In this document: piece by piece, positions 12,601 through 27,070 of the stretch
Position numbering within the stretch: the stretch's first letter is position 1
How the letters are laid out: each line of letters begins with the position of its first letter
Notes under the pieces: generated by a model
Seen by the model: only the letters and a program-made list of their open reading frames with translations
What the model was told of the DNA's origin: nothing
Databases searched by the model: none
Made by a program: the position numbers and the translations under genes
Source: Ylistrum balloti
Taxonomy: Eukaryota
DNA length: 64,000 nucleotides
NCBI RefSeq assembly: GCF_031769215.1
Contig: NW_026782003.1
Span: 3,224,001-3,288,000, forward strand
Reading direction: 5' to 3'

Positions 12601-15600
12601 TGAAGTTATCAGATATATCTTACAAATTTACAAATCTATTGAATTATGGGACTAGCGGGTCTCCCTATCTAGATTTGGAATTACGTCCGATCGATTTTGA
12701 TTTTCCTCGTGCGTTCTCTTTGTTTCAAAATTTAAGACTTTGGCATTACTGACGTGTCCAAAAACTTCGAAACATCTGTGTAATTCATTCTTTTGGCTCT
12801 TTTGTATTTGGTTATAATTTTGATTTGAAATGTGCTTTTCACTTGTGTATTTTGCACATTTTTCTAAAGAACCGAAACGCCACATCCTATTCCGTTATAA
12901 TTCTTGCACTTTGGAAATTTATTGCACAGGGCACCACGTTCATGTACATTCCAATCTGTTTGTTTATAGCACTGACTATGGGAAAAGTGCAATCGCCCTA
13001 ACTTAATGATTAATGAGTACGCTTTATGAAACTGGGTTACATGAAAACAACAGAGGTGAAAGTATATTAATAGGAAAGTTGCGTGCTCCTGTCTTCTACA
13101 CAATGTGGATATAAGCAACGTACTTTGTCTTTGTGTTAGAGATTTAATGCTTTTGTTTTGGTTTCTTTTTATTGTTCTTCAGATGCGGTTTTATAACATT
13201 CAAGTTGGTAGGAGTCTTATTTATAATCCTATTCAATATTCGCCGTCAGATTACACATGATAAATACACTGAAGGTACAAGAGCACACTATTCTTCTGGT
13301 ATTTGTTGTTACGATGAAATCCTTTACGAAAGAGACAAAAAACTAGAAAAAGAACAAAAAACATAACAATAAGTAATAACTTTTAAGACATCAACACAAT
13401 TGATTGAAACAATATCCAGTCAACAAAAATGTTATCATTTCCATTTAAAATATGAAAATTAAATACAAATGGTGCATATGAAAAATGACAATGATTCAAA
13501 CAGTAAGATTAAGACCATCATAACTGTATTTACTTTGTGATGACAAGGAATTTGCATTTTGAAATAAATCTGCTCGCATGTACAAGCAAGTAATTTAGAT
13601 AAACGACAATCGTCGGTGTTCTGAAGAAAATAATGTATTGGACAAGTTTCACAAGGAAACATGTATGTAAATAAAGAGTGTTTGTAGAGCGTAGTTAAAA
13701 TAGGAAAGTGCATTTAGATGTTGGACCTGGTAAACCAGCTCATCTGAGTACTACCTGTCTGTGGACAATCATCATTGCTCTGAGAGACAAAATATGCTAG
13801 CTTTCCTTATATTACCAGTGGTCATGACATTCATTATTGATCCCGAGTCAACATACAAATATTTTTTGTTTGCCAATAAACACAAATGAATGTATCAAAC
13901 TCTCATGAAAGTTGTACATGTTGCGACAATAGAACAAGCGACTGACAATGCTATAAGCCATCACTTCTTTCACAGCGCTATACGGAATCTGGCCAACACT
14001 CCAACGGCTAAACAAACCAGTGTCTCGAAGGGACATGTTCAACTATGTTCCCACTTTGCTGTCTCCGTCCAGCGGTAAATCATGATTACCTGTCTATAAT
14101 TAGGCCAATTAAGGCGATTAGACAGGACACTACCATTTCATTCATGAAATCGATACAAGCTGTGTAGTTACTGAAATTCCGAACGTTCAAAACCGTCACT
14201 AAATTACCTCCAGGCCCAATATAAAACACTCTTCCTGCAGGGGTTGCCATTTGTGCTGCAATAGAAATGAACTATATTTAAATTAATGTGAAAACGAATT
14301 GATTAGAAGCCTCTTTTACTAAGGTCAATATTATTTTCAGATTATTGACTAAGTCTTTTTACGTCTAAATTAAGGATATCGATTTTTTTAAACAATTGGA
14401 AATATGTTTTAATCCTTCCGCAATTTTTTGCTTCGATTACTAGCTAGAATCAGGCTCACTTTACCTTTACGTACTCGTTGTCATTATCACGTAGTATATT
14501 CAGTAGAATATTGACAACGCTCGTGACATAATGCAAATGTCAATATAACGATAAAATAAAACATTAACAAAAGCATATACATACGCATTGACATTCCCAT
14601 CTTTAAAAAATTAAATGATAACTTTGCAGAAGTATGTATGTCATGAGATGAATAGTAAAAAAAATATTAAAAAATCTATGGTACATGTAGGTATGTAACT
14701 GATATTAAATTTGATAACAATCATGGCACACTGGTGTTACTTAACGTGCAATCAGTAAAAACAAACTGAGCGATGAAATTGAAGGTAGATGGACATGCAC
14801 TTGCGTTTCCAGTCCAATCTATTGAGTGACATGCTAAGTAACACATACAATGTAAAAACGTCCCATTAAAAAGTTCGATTAGAAGTGTTTTCATGTTTAT
14901 AGTACCAGTACGAGCTATGTATTATCAGAAACCCTTTCGTCATTTGATGATACTGACATGATTCGTGATAAAGCTTCGAATTCCGAAGTCATTTAAAGAT
15001 AACACAGAATGTCCTTATCTTTCCAATGGTGCGGAATCATGGGCGCATGTTCCATTCAATCGTCATGCCTTACAATGATGTTTGTACGGTATGATACTAG
15101 GCAGATAAAATGTAGATTTCTTTAACCTGAAGTTTATTTTATATTCTTTTCGTGTATAAGAAGTGTGAGTTCTGTGATAATTTTTTTTCTTTAGCTAAAG
15201 TTGGAAGAGTTGTAATATCGATAGATTTTCTCACAATAATACAAAAATTCTCATCTTAAATATCTACAATGTCTATACATTTAAACAAAGTGCATCAACG
15301 GAACTCTTATCGGATTGAATGCACTGAATGTAAAGTGTATCGTTCAAATACACGATACAATTGTGTGACATGTTATTTTATATTAATGTCTTAATTTGCA
15401 TACAGAATCAGACAATGGCGCCACCATAGCCATATACCATAACTTCATACAAGCTGTTGCCAATCCTTATACGATAAAGAAGTTATATGGAAATTATCAA
15501 ATTCATTGAATAATAGGTCTAATGCACATCCCGATCTACGTTTAGAATTATCGTTTTTCCTCAGTCGACTCCTAGGCTTCAAAATCTAGACCCTTACCAT

Positions 15601-15852
15601 GACGAGTCATAGGATATATGCGGTATGATGCTGTTTGACTTAACTTTATCTTATCTAAATTATCTAACTTTTAATTTAAAGGTGGCATTTACACGTGTGT
15701 CTTTCGTGCAATCTTTTAAACACAATGTGAAGGTCAAGTGACTTCTACAGACAAAGAGTTCCGCTGTAAATTATCAATGTAAAACTCATCGCACTGCTTT
15801 TAACGTGTCGATAAAAACAAGAACATACCAACATGTCAGCAGAATCATTATC

Positions 15853-16015
15853 AAAACACAAGTTCAATAAAACTAGGGCAAAATTTAAGCAAAAGAATAT
15901 TTACATGGAGACTCCTGATAAACCAAAACACAAATTCAATAAAACTAGGGCAAAATTTAAGCAAAAGAAATATTTACATGGAGACTCCTGAAAAAAACAA
16001 GGGAATAAGACCAGG
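15853..16015 (-). mobile_element. Family A copy with an internal 72-bp tandem duplication
   Basis: aaaacacaa(g/a)ttcaataaaactagggcaaaatttaagcaaaag...catggagactcctga occurs at 15853 and 15925; similar to 46065-46160. Confidence 0.75.
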
Positions 16016-16126
16016 AAAAAAAAACGAAATAGACTCTGAAAGTAATAATTTCATGGTGTTCATGGGAATTTCAATATTTAACTACATTTCAGTATTTCAG
16101 CATTTAACTTTTAACATTTAACAAAA

Positions 16127-16142
16127 ATGGAAAATGTTGCTG
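16127..16142 (+). CDS. Candidate initiator exon (MENVA + 1 nt) of the iGluR gene
   Basis: aaaaATGG start context, donor G|gtaagc in phase 1, upstream acceptor tatttcag| at 16100. Very short, so it could be chance. Confidence 0.3.
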
Positions 16143-17289
16143 GTAAGCATCACCAGAATAGTCGTCAACATACAGTGACAATGCAGATTTATAATTGAAT
16201 CAATACCAACTAACCGTGTCATTTATGTTGTGGTATAAATGATTAGGTGTCACTTAGGTGTCATCAAATGGATATTTACGACCAAACGCATTATAGACAA
16301 GTACGTTGGCTTAGAAACCCCTACGGGTGCCACAGTGCTTCACTTTGGTCAGTGTTATCAAAGCGAACAAGCACAAATGTATGTACATACGCGATTGATG
16401 TTATATGTAACTGGTCACAGCCTAAGTGGTTTTGCATGTTTTGGCACTGTTGATGTGTTATGACAGATCTTGCTGTAATTGGGTAGCCGACACTCTCCCC
16501 TACCGCCCAACCCGAAATTTAAACAAATGTTACCGAAGAAATTCCTCTCTACGCTTAAGTTACGTATAGAGGTCACAATGGCCTGTATAAGAGCTATAGG
16601 AATTCAGGTCCAGCCATTTCTGTGTATTCTCTAACATTGGCGTCTTCCAGAAATATGTCGAATCTATTGTAGCATGATATTTCCAGAATTCTTAATGTTG
16701 TAAGCATTTAATCCTCATTCCATTTTTGAACTTTTTGATATATCGATACAAGACTAGAGCAAAGTATCAATACTTCAAACATTATACAGGTTAAGTTTAA
16801 CTATACCAACACCGATTACAGCAATCCAACAGGAAAACGCGTTTCGATTTTGATCATATTGCTGGTAGATACGGTCTTAGTGTAACTATGATTATTATGA
16901 GGCCTCTAACAACTACACAAAACAACAGTTTATCCCTTGAGATCTATTTACTGGTAACAATAGATAACATATTTCGTTAGGAATTAATTACTGTGATATG
17001 ATAATGCATGTCACTGTTTTACAGTGTACATGTCCTTATCTGAAACTGATCTTAATAAGAGAAAAAAATGATTTAGAATAACACGCATGCTAAGACATAT
17101 CTTTGTCATCTATGGCTTCGATATAAAAATTAATGTCAAAACTTTCACTTTTCAGCAATCTCCGTTATCTTCAGATTTTTAAATCACTGATGATGTTGCT
17201 TTCACCAGTCGGCAACTTCCGTAAGCTGTATTTACTGGTGAATAATAGTTCGCTTATTCATTAGCGTTGCACTCCCCTTCGCCTTGTAG

Positions 17290-17349
17290 CGTCGATTTTC
17301 ATCGTTCTCTTATCTGTGGCATCTTCAGTCGGCGTTGATGATTATCACG
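17290..17349 (+). CDS. Candidate signal-peptide exon (ASIFIVLLSVASSVGVDDYH), phase 1-1
   Basis: Acceptor actccccttcgccttgtag|, 60 nt, hydrophobic core followed by small residues. The donor G|gtgaaa is weak. The phase fits the exon at 28435. Confidence 0.35.
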
Positions 17350-18378
17350 GTGAAAGCTAACAAACCGCCCAACGAATAACGGACAAATCGATTTTGTCTT
17401 TCCCTCTATCACCAGCATGTAATGCCATTTAGAAATTATCGTTATGTACCCATCGATAATTACTGTTCTGAAAGTAAACAGTATCTACGTCATGTTTAAA
17501 CATTCTTCAATATTTGGTCAATTCAGATATTGATATCTCGGACGGAACCAATGTACTTACTAGAAATCCACTGATCTGAAATCATCATGATTGCCTGTAA
17601 TTCTGAAAGTTTGACTTAGGAGTCATTCCAGATACCGACAGTGATGGTTATATCAGAATATCAGTATATTAAGTAAAAGAAAAAAACTTCGTGTTTTCGT
17701 TGACCGACGTGGTATACAGCTGAAGACAAAATGCATACATTCAGCACATATTTTTGATTTATTAGAGATTACAATTGAACCATGCCAAGGCCGAACCTCC
17801 CATTAAACTGCCTGAACGTTATAAATACATTGGAAACTCATTTTTCTTTTTATCTCAGTGGCATTGGGGAGTTTTAACGAAGTTCTGACTGTATTCTGAT
17901 TCCTATCTTAGAAGTAAGCATGTTTTAGCATTAGACTATTTAAGAAGAAAGAGCCTTAATAGGATTTAATTTACTTAAAAGTGATATGGTTCAGATAGAT
18001 ACGTGTTATTGGTGTTCTTTTAAAACCATCCCACCATGATATGCCTACATTTTTTTCAATTATGGGGCTATTGCACGTCCCCTTTCAGATTTTAAATTTC
18101 GACTTATTTTGCGTTTCTGCAATCGCCTTCCATATTTCAATACATTAGTCCCCTAGTATTATTCAGCACTGCATGCAGCTGTATAATGCAGATTGGTACA
18201 GGTTTAGGAACACTCTATCTAATTCCTCATCCGCATTCAAATGTTCTGATAGTTTGAGCAGTCATTTGCCTGTTGTCCAACTCGTTTTGCATGTGCTAGT
18301 ATTTCTATTCGTGTGTTCTTTTTAACTCCGAAACCAAAATTTTAAAACTTTCCAATATGTATGATAATTCCGTGGATT

Positions 18379-18413
18379 TCTCTCTCTGTCTCTGTCTGTC
18401 TTTCATTCAGTCA

Positions 18414-18445
<32 letters not shown>

Positions 18446-18462
18446 TTCTTCCTTTCTTTTTT
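18379..18462. repeat. (CT)n/(CTGT)n microsatellite and pyrimidine tract
   Basis: Direct reading: tctctctgtctctgtctgtc...gtctgtctgtctgtctgtctgtctgtc. Confidence 0.9.
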
Positions 18463-21400
18463 TGAAATTTTTATTTAGTTTGTTTTGTTTTTGTAATCAC
18501 TGATACAGTTTATGGCTTTTTGTGCTTGTGCTTACTGGCTTGTAGGGAACAGCAAGTAGCACATTACCTGTATACGATTAGACTGAACTTGACTTTACCT
18601 GTAAATGATATCACTGAATTTTAAAATGTTTTAAACAGACTGCATTTCCTTCTTCGTTTACTAACGTGCTTTGAGTGTTTGTGTAATAGAAAGGTAGAAA
18701 ATGTAGGAAAAGTGAGCCTTTAAATATATTGCCGTAATATTAAAGCACTTGAATGTAAGACGTTTATGTCGTCGTAATTAACCACATATGTTGCCTTTGT
18801 GCAGCAGCCTTAGATTGGTACCAAAACAATGTTAATTATATATGTTACAATATTTCTTGACTGGTATATCTAGAGTGAAATTAATAATCATCAGTTGTCG
18901 GGTTTTGGAATTGTTTGATAGCATTACACTTTGATTTGTAGTTGTTGTTGAGCAAAAGCACACAAAAACACCTTCCTGGTGGTGATATATTCATATCGTG
19001 TAACCCGTTATGGACATATATCATCTTTCCCTCCATGGAGGCGAGATAATGGAATTCAGATCTGAGGGGAAGAGTTACACAATAGGCAGACATCAGACTG
19101 TCTGGAGTTTTCAACTTCTAAATATTTTCTCAAGGGTTAACATCGCGCGCACAGGAGATGAAGGGGAGGACCTCATATATTTTTTATTATCTTTTTCTGC
19201 TAGCGTTCTCATTGACCATCGACACAACGTCAGTGTTAAGAAGGAAGACCCCCCACGTCAAAGCCAAGGGGTAAAAGAAGGTAATCTAAAACCAGTGAAA
19301 TTGTGGGTTTGCCTCCTGGATAAGGGTAACCATTATCTTATATGGTGATATGTATTGCACTGATGTTCATAAGGATTGTGCATTATCTGTTGTCTATCTT
19401 TATATGTCGCTTTCTCTAGCATAACATCAAAGGCATCTACGTAGATAGATATCACTATCACACTTCAAAAAACAGTGACTTAATGTAATAGGTATACACA
19501 ATACACGTTGCTTTAAACATAATCATGTATAAGCGTTACCAAAATCGCTGTAATATTGCCAATATATCATTGACAATTATTACATTTGTACCACTGTACA
19601 AACATATTCTGACAAGGAAAATAACATATTTCCCAGAAGCATGCGCTTCCTTATCGAGTCTATATCATATTCCGATATATTTTGATGACTGTCACTTATT
19701 GCAAGGAAAACTAGTAAGGACACGAACTTTTTTTAGACAGGACATGATTAATCTCCGTCACAACATGAAATATTGATTATCTGGTTGTTTATTGAACAAT
19801 GCTAGTTGTATTGTCATAAATAATGTACGATAATGGTTTTTGGGACATATGAAAGTTTATTTACTCCCAAATATAAAATTCCGCTCTGGCCATACCCAAG
19901 GGAAATATAGTCCGTGCAGGTAAATACATTTTCATATTTCTCGGTAACCAGGACCATAAATGCATATTGTTTTCTTTTCAAGACTATTGAAAGACATGCA
20001 CTGGTGGAATAATTTTACCCCGCCATGTAAATCGTTGTCAATCCAAGTAAGGAATGTTGCGTCCTCAAATGAGAGCAAACTAACGAGCATAAAACACATC
20101 CAGCTTCATATCGCACAAAAAAATGAAATATTTTTCCATAAGATCACTATGACGACCATAAACTCCTATTAAAAAAAATCCAACACCCGTTGTCATTTCC
20201 TGGGAAATCACGTATTTCCCACTGAAACGTCTTTACATGTTTCACAAATTGACAACTGCTGTTCTGTTTGGCAAGAACCAGACTTAATCCAGGGTTAAAA
20301 CGTGCAGACAATTAGTCAAATACGATGCTGTCAAATATTCTGATACTTTGATCAACTTCAAAGTTAGAAAAACCTGTAATTGCCCATAGCTTTTGTCATG
20401 TCTCCAAATATCTTTAATCATCTACCGCCTCCTTGAGTAATCAATTGTTTATGTAGGTACTCTTGCGGTCTATCACGCTCAACAAAACCTACATACAATT
20501 GCGTAATTTACTCCATTCGGAATTGACGTGCATTCAGTAAGAAAGTCTTTTTTATCAAGATTTGTCAATATGTAACTTTATTATCCTGGTTTGAAGAGGT
20601 AGTTTTCTTCCTATGCCAGTCAATTGCATTATTTTAATACAAATCTTCAATGCTTTGTCGCACTAATGACCTGTCTGATGAACGATTCGTTGTAGCGATA
20701 CATGTAGGCGTTATCGTGAATATTTTTACGAAATATTTTCCCATAATGTCGGCGTGGCTTAAATCTCTTTGTCACAGATGAACAAAGGCATGTCACCGTA
20801 TCTCATCACACATTATTTAATAGCCCTGTTGTAGATACCCACTGATGACCTTCGTTCGTCTTTTTTTCTGTCATTTTACTACACGCCATGGGCGACGTTA
20901 CATAATGATAACAATAGTTGCTAAGTTTCATTAAAACACGAATATTAACATCACGAATTAAAGTTTTACGTTCAAAAAGATGTTTGGCACAAGCTGTATG
21001 GCAAATAGTAGGAGCAAATTATCTTACACGATTGTTTATAAGGGTCTTTTATATATGTCTTAATAATTTTTAGAATACGTATATCTAGTTTCAATTGTAA
21101 TGATAAAAGATATATCGCTTTCATTGCATTACAATCGCATACGAAATTTACGAAATTAACACAAATGTAAGATATTTCATCCTATAACTAGCGTTATACC
21201 ATTTCCCATATTATGACACCACAGCTTGCCCGATTTTTGACCGAATCAGCCAAGTGAAAATCTCTCCATGATATAATCTACCAGTGGCATACACGCAAAT
21301 ATGTTAAACTGGGAAAATTCACCGGATAAGCGGCGGGTTTTGTGAAAAATCTTTTGATTAATTGAAAGTACAAATTTTCATTTAATTATTTCTTCATTAT

Positions 21401-24400
21401 AGCGAATTTTAAATTGGTTTAATTGTTTTCTCTGGCTTGCTGAAATCTGTATGAAATTGGCATCACGATAGAACTGTTTGAATTGTGCTTTTTAAAAATA
21501 TTGCATGTATACATATCGAGCATATCAACTTATGAACAATGACAGTTGGTTTTCGCTAAAGTACACGTATAAAGAGGTTTAATAATACTTATGAAAAAGG
21601 AAATCCTTATGTGTTAATAAACAGTCTGGATATGTAATTTTTGCGTGAAGTATATGATAAGGCATGTTCAAAAAACACCGTCGCCCGTAATTAAATAAAA
21701 AATGACTTCCAGGCTCAAGCGGTCATGACAATGTTGGCAATAAATGTCACTTATTCGTAATTCTAAATTGACGTAAAGTTATCAAATGAAATTTGCCACA
21801 CCTATAACAAAGTCCGGCACTGAAAAACGGATTTTTACTTATTGTGGCATTACCGTCGCTGTCATTGCTGACTGCAATCATGTGTTCATGTTTACAAAAT
21901 GAACTGCTGAGGGGGGTCTCCTGAACTAGAGAAGTGGTCAAGTCAAGACATTGGAAATCGACCGTGAATATCGGGATAGCGTATAAACGTTAATGAAAAT
22001 GTATAAAACACGTACAGTCAATTACAAAATTAATGTTGTTACCGTGATGTCCCTTTTATGTAGCACATAAACTGATCGTGGTAGAGTCTTTTAAGATTCT
22101 AAGTATGCATTTGTCTTTGAAAACGTAACATGTGGTGATTCATATCTGACACATTATTAAGATATTCTAAGATATTTACTTCCAGTAGCTTACACATAAT
22201 TAAAAAAAAGTGTTTTTCATGTCCTTTTCATTAACCAAATATTTAGGAAAACTGCACATACAAGTTTTGCCTTAGTTTCCAAAATTAATAATATTATAAC
22301 ATTTAGAGACAAAAAGCTTGGGAAGAAAATTTTTATAATTATACTTCGTATGATGAGACTAATGATGATGGAAATACGGAACAATTATTGCAGTAATAAG
22401 CATGCATTAACCAAGGAGACATGATAAAACACATGCTTTATATGGAAACACGTTCAAGAGTCTTTGAAGCAACATAGCACTATGGAGTTCCTTTGGTAAT
22501 TAGTATAAAAATCGTTTTAAGAGGTACTTCTGATATAAATGTGACGATAAACACCACATTGCCGTCGACTTAGTCTTTCATCGTTTTTCTTATCCATTTA
22601 AAAGTTTTGGAAAAAACCGGCACGGGATACTATCCTGGATCGCGTCCCTGTGATAAACATTTATTTCAGTCTACTACGAAAACCACATGTAAAAAGTAAT
22701 TTTGAAATAGATGGCTATTAGTTTTCTTATATCCAACTTTGAAGACCAAGGGTTGGGGTGTCGATTAATGTATCTAATCTGCTGTTTTCGATCATGAAAT
22801 GATAACAGAAGGGTCTACAGACCATGTCTTGCAAAATAATACCGAGGAGCCTTTAAGTGAACGGAATAACGCAACAGCATGACGGTTTCAATTTAAGTGG
22901 AGGTCTTCATAATCTTCAAAGGATGTTTCGCTCCAGTGAGTTCTATTCACTGAGTTACATTGCAAAGGTAATCACTATTTCATACTAACGGCGTTTCGTC
23001 GCCAATTCAATTTCTAGTTTTGCCTTTTACTGCGTTTTATTGAATAAACTTCAAGTAGTAACACATATTATCGCATGAAATGCATCGCAATCTGTTATTG
23101 ATTTAAATAAACCCTTAATAATCACAGTGATAATGCTGATACTTTTACAAGAATGCATTCACCTGTTTGTTCCGTTTGATTAAAAGTATGACATTTATGA
23201 GTGAAAACTTTGAACGAACATGATATGATCAAAAGACAGACGTAACCTAAATGAAAAGAATATAATTGTATTAACATTAATGTTAACACACGTACGACCC
23301 TTGTAAAGATTCAACGTTTTTGAAGCCGTTTCAAAAGAATCTGTTTGGAAAAAATGATGGGTTAAATAAATACCTATTCTGCCTAGAATTACACCTGCAC
23401 AAACATACTTTGAATATTAAAAATATATTTTTAAAATCTATACTGGTCAATCGGTATGCCAAGAGCATTAAGAAGCTTTAGAATATCGACACACTTCCAG
23501 ACACAAGTCTGACTACTGACATCTCCAGCTATGCATGTCAGCTCTTAAAATGAAGTCTTAAATTACCTGTATTTGATCTATGACTACCCTGAGGAAACTC
23601 ATTATGTAATCCGCATACGATCAGTCTAAGTTGATATTAGCATGGATCGTTCTATTGACTTATGTATAAATAGTAAGAATTGTCGGATCAACTACGAGGT
23701 GGATCTATTTCTGGATACGTCTCTTTGTAATGAAAGGCAAAGCTGTGTATATCAATAAAATTCACAGCATTGTTGACGGTTTATTGATCAGGAAAGTGGT
23801 AAGTTATCTTTACCTGCGGAAGACAGTAGCTTAGGGAAGCGAAAAATTGCATTATATTAGTTTATGTGGGCGGTCAAGAAGGTGAAACATGTCTTTATCT
23901 CTAGAGCAGTCGGGTCGATATGATACCAGCACGTTCTCTGGTTGAATTAACGATATTGCAGAAGCAAATGATGATGTGGATGATGATGTCACGAGCTATT
24001 GATGTGCAATGAATGTTATATGCACAGACTTTCATAATGTGTAATTTCTTGCAGACAGACCATGGGAAGCAGTATCCAATGTCAGGATAATGTTCCTGCG
24101 GACATGCCTCTTCCTGATATGATACTACGATTTACTGGGAACTGTTATTTCACAGGCATGCCCTCCATGCAGATCCAGATGCAGATATTGCCAAATGAGT
24201 TTAGACATTGGCTGATGGGCGTTTCCTAGATTGCCATATATACTGATACAGTATCTCCCCCCCCCCACGACTGCAACGCAAACCAATGTTAGGCATTTGT
24301 TGATGTTATCTTCTCAAAAAATGTAGCCGTAAAAAATAAGATGATCTTGATGACAAAGATGTTTAAGTGAAGCTGACACTAACATGTTAATTATTGAAGT

Positions 24401-25469
24401 GATTGAAAACAGCCTGATGATGCAGATCATCAGTACTGAATAATAACGATATGAATCTATAGTTATGTGTTAGTTCATCTGTACTTTTGTGATTTTGGCA
24501 TTAGTTACACTAATGATTAGTGCATCTGCACTGAAAGACCGACAGATCACCGACCACATTACATGAACTTTTACTCGGTCGAACATTAGGCGGACTTGGC
24601 AAGTCAAAACCATTACACCTGAAAAATACTGAGAAAACAGCGGGATATAGCGTCATAAAGTGATGAACCCTATTCACCTCTTACCAAGTTGTATGATAGG
24701 GCATGATGGCCCTAACTTTCCTCTAGAAACATCTTGAATTATCTGGTAATTTTGTGAAAGACAAACCCCGGTGTGTTTAGGTCGGATTCGGATTCCACTT
24801 TATGGAATGACACAGTTGATGTCATTTTATGACTTCCTGTAATGGCTTCAATATATAGATAAGCCGTCGACTGCGTATGTTGTTGGTTAGCTTGATGACC
24901 TGATCCCAAGCCCCAGACGAAACGGACGTGGAGCTCCAGACGTTATCATGCATCTAGAGAATAGTTAAAGCAGTCAAGTTTTCCCCCGACTTGACTTGTA
25001 CATCAATACTATTAATACTTATACGACCGCAAAAAATAAATCCAAGTCACCAACACCAACTACCTACTAAATACAGTATACCTGGTTATTCCTATAATTT
25101 CATTAGTGTGTTCATTGCTGCATACAGATACTTCAGATGTATTATAACTCAGTTCTGGAGATATATCGGCACATGTAAGCTCCATTGTTATAGCTTTACC
25201 AATGCATACACACCATCGAAATGTCTATCTAAATCAATAACGATTGCGATAGGATATAAAACATTTTTTCTATCAATAATTCGATGCGATTCTGATATTG
25301 AAATATATATGCAGCAACACAAATAAATTGAGATTTATTGAGGCTTTCTTTGTATTTTTGAGATGTTCATTGCGGCGAGTTTCATTTTTGTTATGTGGTT
25401 TGTGGCATATGGTATAGGTAGAGCATGCCCGTCCATGTTTTGACCTCTTTCGATCACGTTTGATTGTCC

Positions 25470-25540
25470 TACTACACCTTTTCGTTAGCACCACTGACGA
25501 GTCCGAGAAGGAAGAAATAGCTGTAGGATGAAGGTTATTT
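25470..25540 (+). ncRNA. Degenerate type I hammerhead ribozyme motif in dispersed repeat family B
   Basis: cacca CTGACGA GTCC GAGAA GGAA GAAA T AGCT G TA ggatg. Both conserved boxes are intact; the G10.1-C11.1 pair and stem I are mismatched. Confidence 0.7.
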
Positions 25541-26969
25541 CAACATTTGGCTTTATCTGATTAGAGATTAACATCAAAAGATACTTTAAAATCGTATGTC
25601 TTGTGCAATCTGAGATAAATTAATATGTCATATTACAAAATATATACATAGATAATTGTATAAACATATATACATGCATATGTTATACCTTTATTTTCCA
25701 ATCCTATTACATAAAGATGTAACCTTACTCATTTTGCTAAGGTAACGAAAATTGATTCGTATAGTTCCAAAACAAGATGTACAAGTATGCGATTAAATTT
25801 TCTGTATTTTTAAACTGATTGCCTGCCCCGAACAACAAACACTGGTTACTTTACTTTAGTTTGTCACAATTTACAATAGTCGCATGGTATTTATATCAAA
25901 GTGCTTGTCACAATAAAATAAACTTTATATAAAACAGTCTTATGTCATCTTTTAATTATGTTTCATTGTTTTGAAATACCGGCTTATATTGCTTACGTGC
26001 ATGACAGAGAAGGTCACCTCCTTCTGACCTTAGTCTAGCCCCCATCTGTGAGTACCCATTAGTGAAGACACTATCAGACAAGTAAATCATCTTGAAATAC
26101 AGAAGCAAAACTGTCAATGAAGTCGGACACCATCGTGATTAACAACGCTTTCCGACGTTCAGAAACACCTACATTATCAACGAGTAACATTTCATCTCGA
26201 AGTCGTCTACATAATCAAGTGACATACAAACCGGAAAATTAATTAATGGTTTCCATGAGATCACATAGAAAAATACATTATTAATACCAAGATGTGTACA
26301 GTTTTAAAACAACTCCGTCACTAGTGATTCTTATTTCCCTATTGGGGCCAAGGCAACATCAACTACCTATCTGTATAGCCATAGTAGTGAATAATTGATG
26401 TTGAGAGTAGCTGTCGGACATTATTGCAAAATGTACGTGTGGGCTTTAATGCTCGGGATGGATATTTGTCATTTCGAGTGTCATGACCATGTCCAGATGC
26501 CCGAATCTACTTCTATGATGCAAGAAGATCAAAACTAAGTTGATTCCTGTGTAAAATGTATATATGGTATGTCATCAATGCCAACTTATAACTAGTTTCA
26601 GTGCAATACCACAATAAGGAAACTAAATTAATGCACGTGCGTTTATAAAAGGTAATTCAAGCTACGTTGTTTATTACAATATCACGCGTGGTGGCTTGAT
26701 TATTCCATTCTGTAAGATAAAGTTGAAAATTCTAAGTTTAAATAGTATGTATATCAAATTTAATTGTCTTTAATTTAATATTTGCACGTGTATAGTTTAA
26801 ATATGTTCATGTAGCACCTAACAAGTGAAAAAAGCAATCAATCCAACATTTTATGAGGGTATATATTATCTATAACTATCATATTATATGGAGGTTGTAC
26901 AAAAGACACACAAGTGAACACCTTTTTGACATCACTTTAAAGTTAGATACAATAGAACAATGGTTTCAA

Positions 26970-27070
26970 CTACACCATACAGCTGTTTCGGCATTCTTAG
27001 ACTCATCGGCGTTGCCAGGGGCTAAGTTTTGAAGCCGAGGTAACTGAAGAAAATGCGTATTTAAGGACTA
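26970..27070 (-). ncRNA. Degenerate hammerhead motif, family B
   Basis: Minus strand: caacg CCGATGA GTC TAAGAAT GCC GAAA C AGCT G TA tggtg. U4 is changed to C. Shares the upstream flank (ttcaaaacttagcc, attttcttcagt) with other copies. Confidence 0.7.

Noticed and set aside
19010-19348. 112-aa ORF with a phase-1 donor near 19279 as the iGluR first exon
   Set aside because: No signal-peptide character and no recognisable domain.
24481-24566. Signal-peptide-like stretch TFVILALVTLMISASALK
   Set aside because: Bounded by in-frame stops, with no upstream ATG and no usable donor.
24890-24935. ttgatga...gacgaaacggacgtg as another hammerhead
   Set aside because: The first box and the G10.1 pair are wrong, there is no family B flank, and there is no AGCT-type loop.
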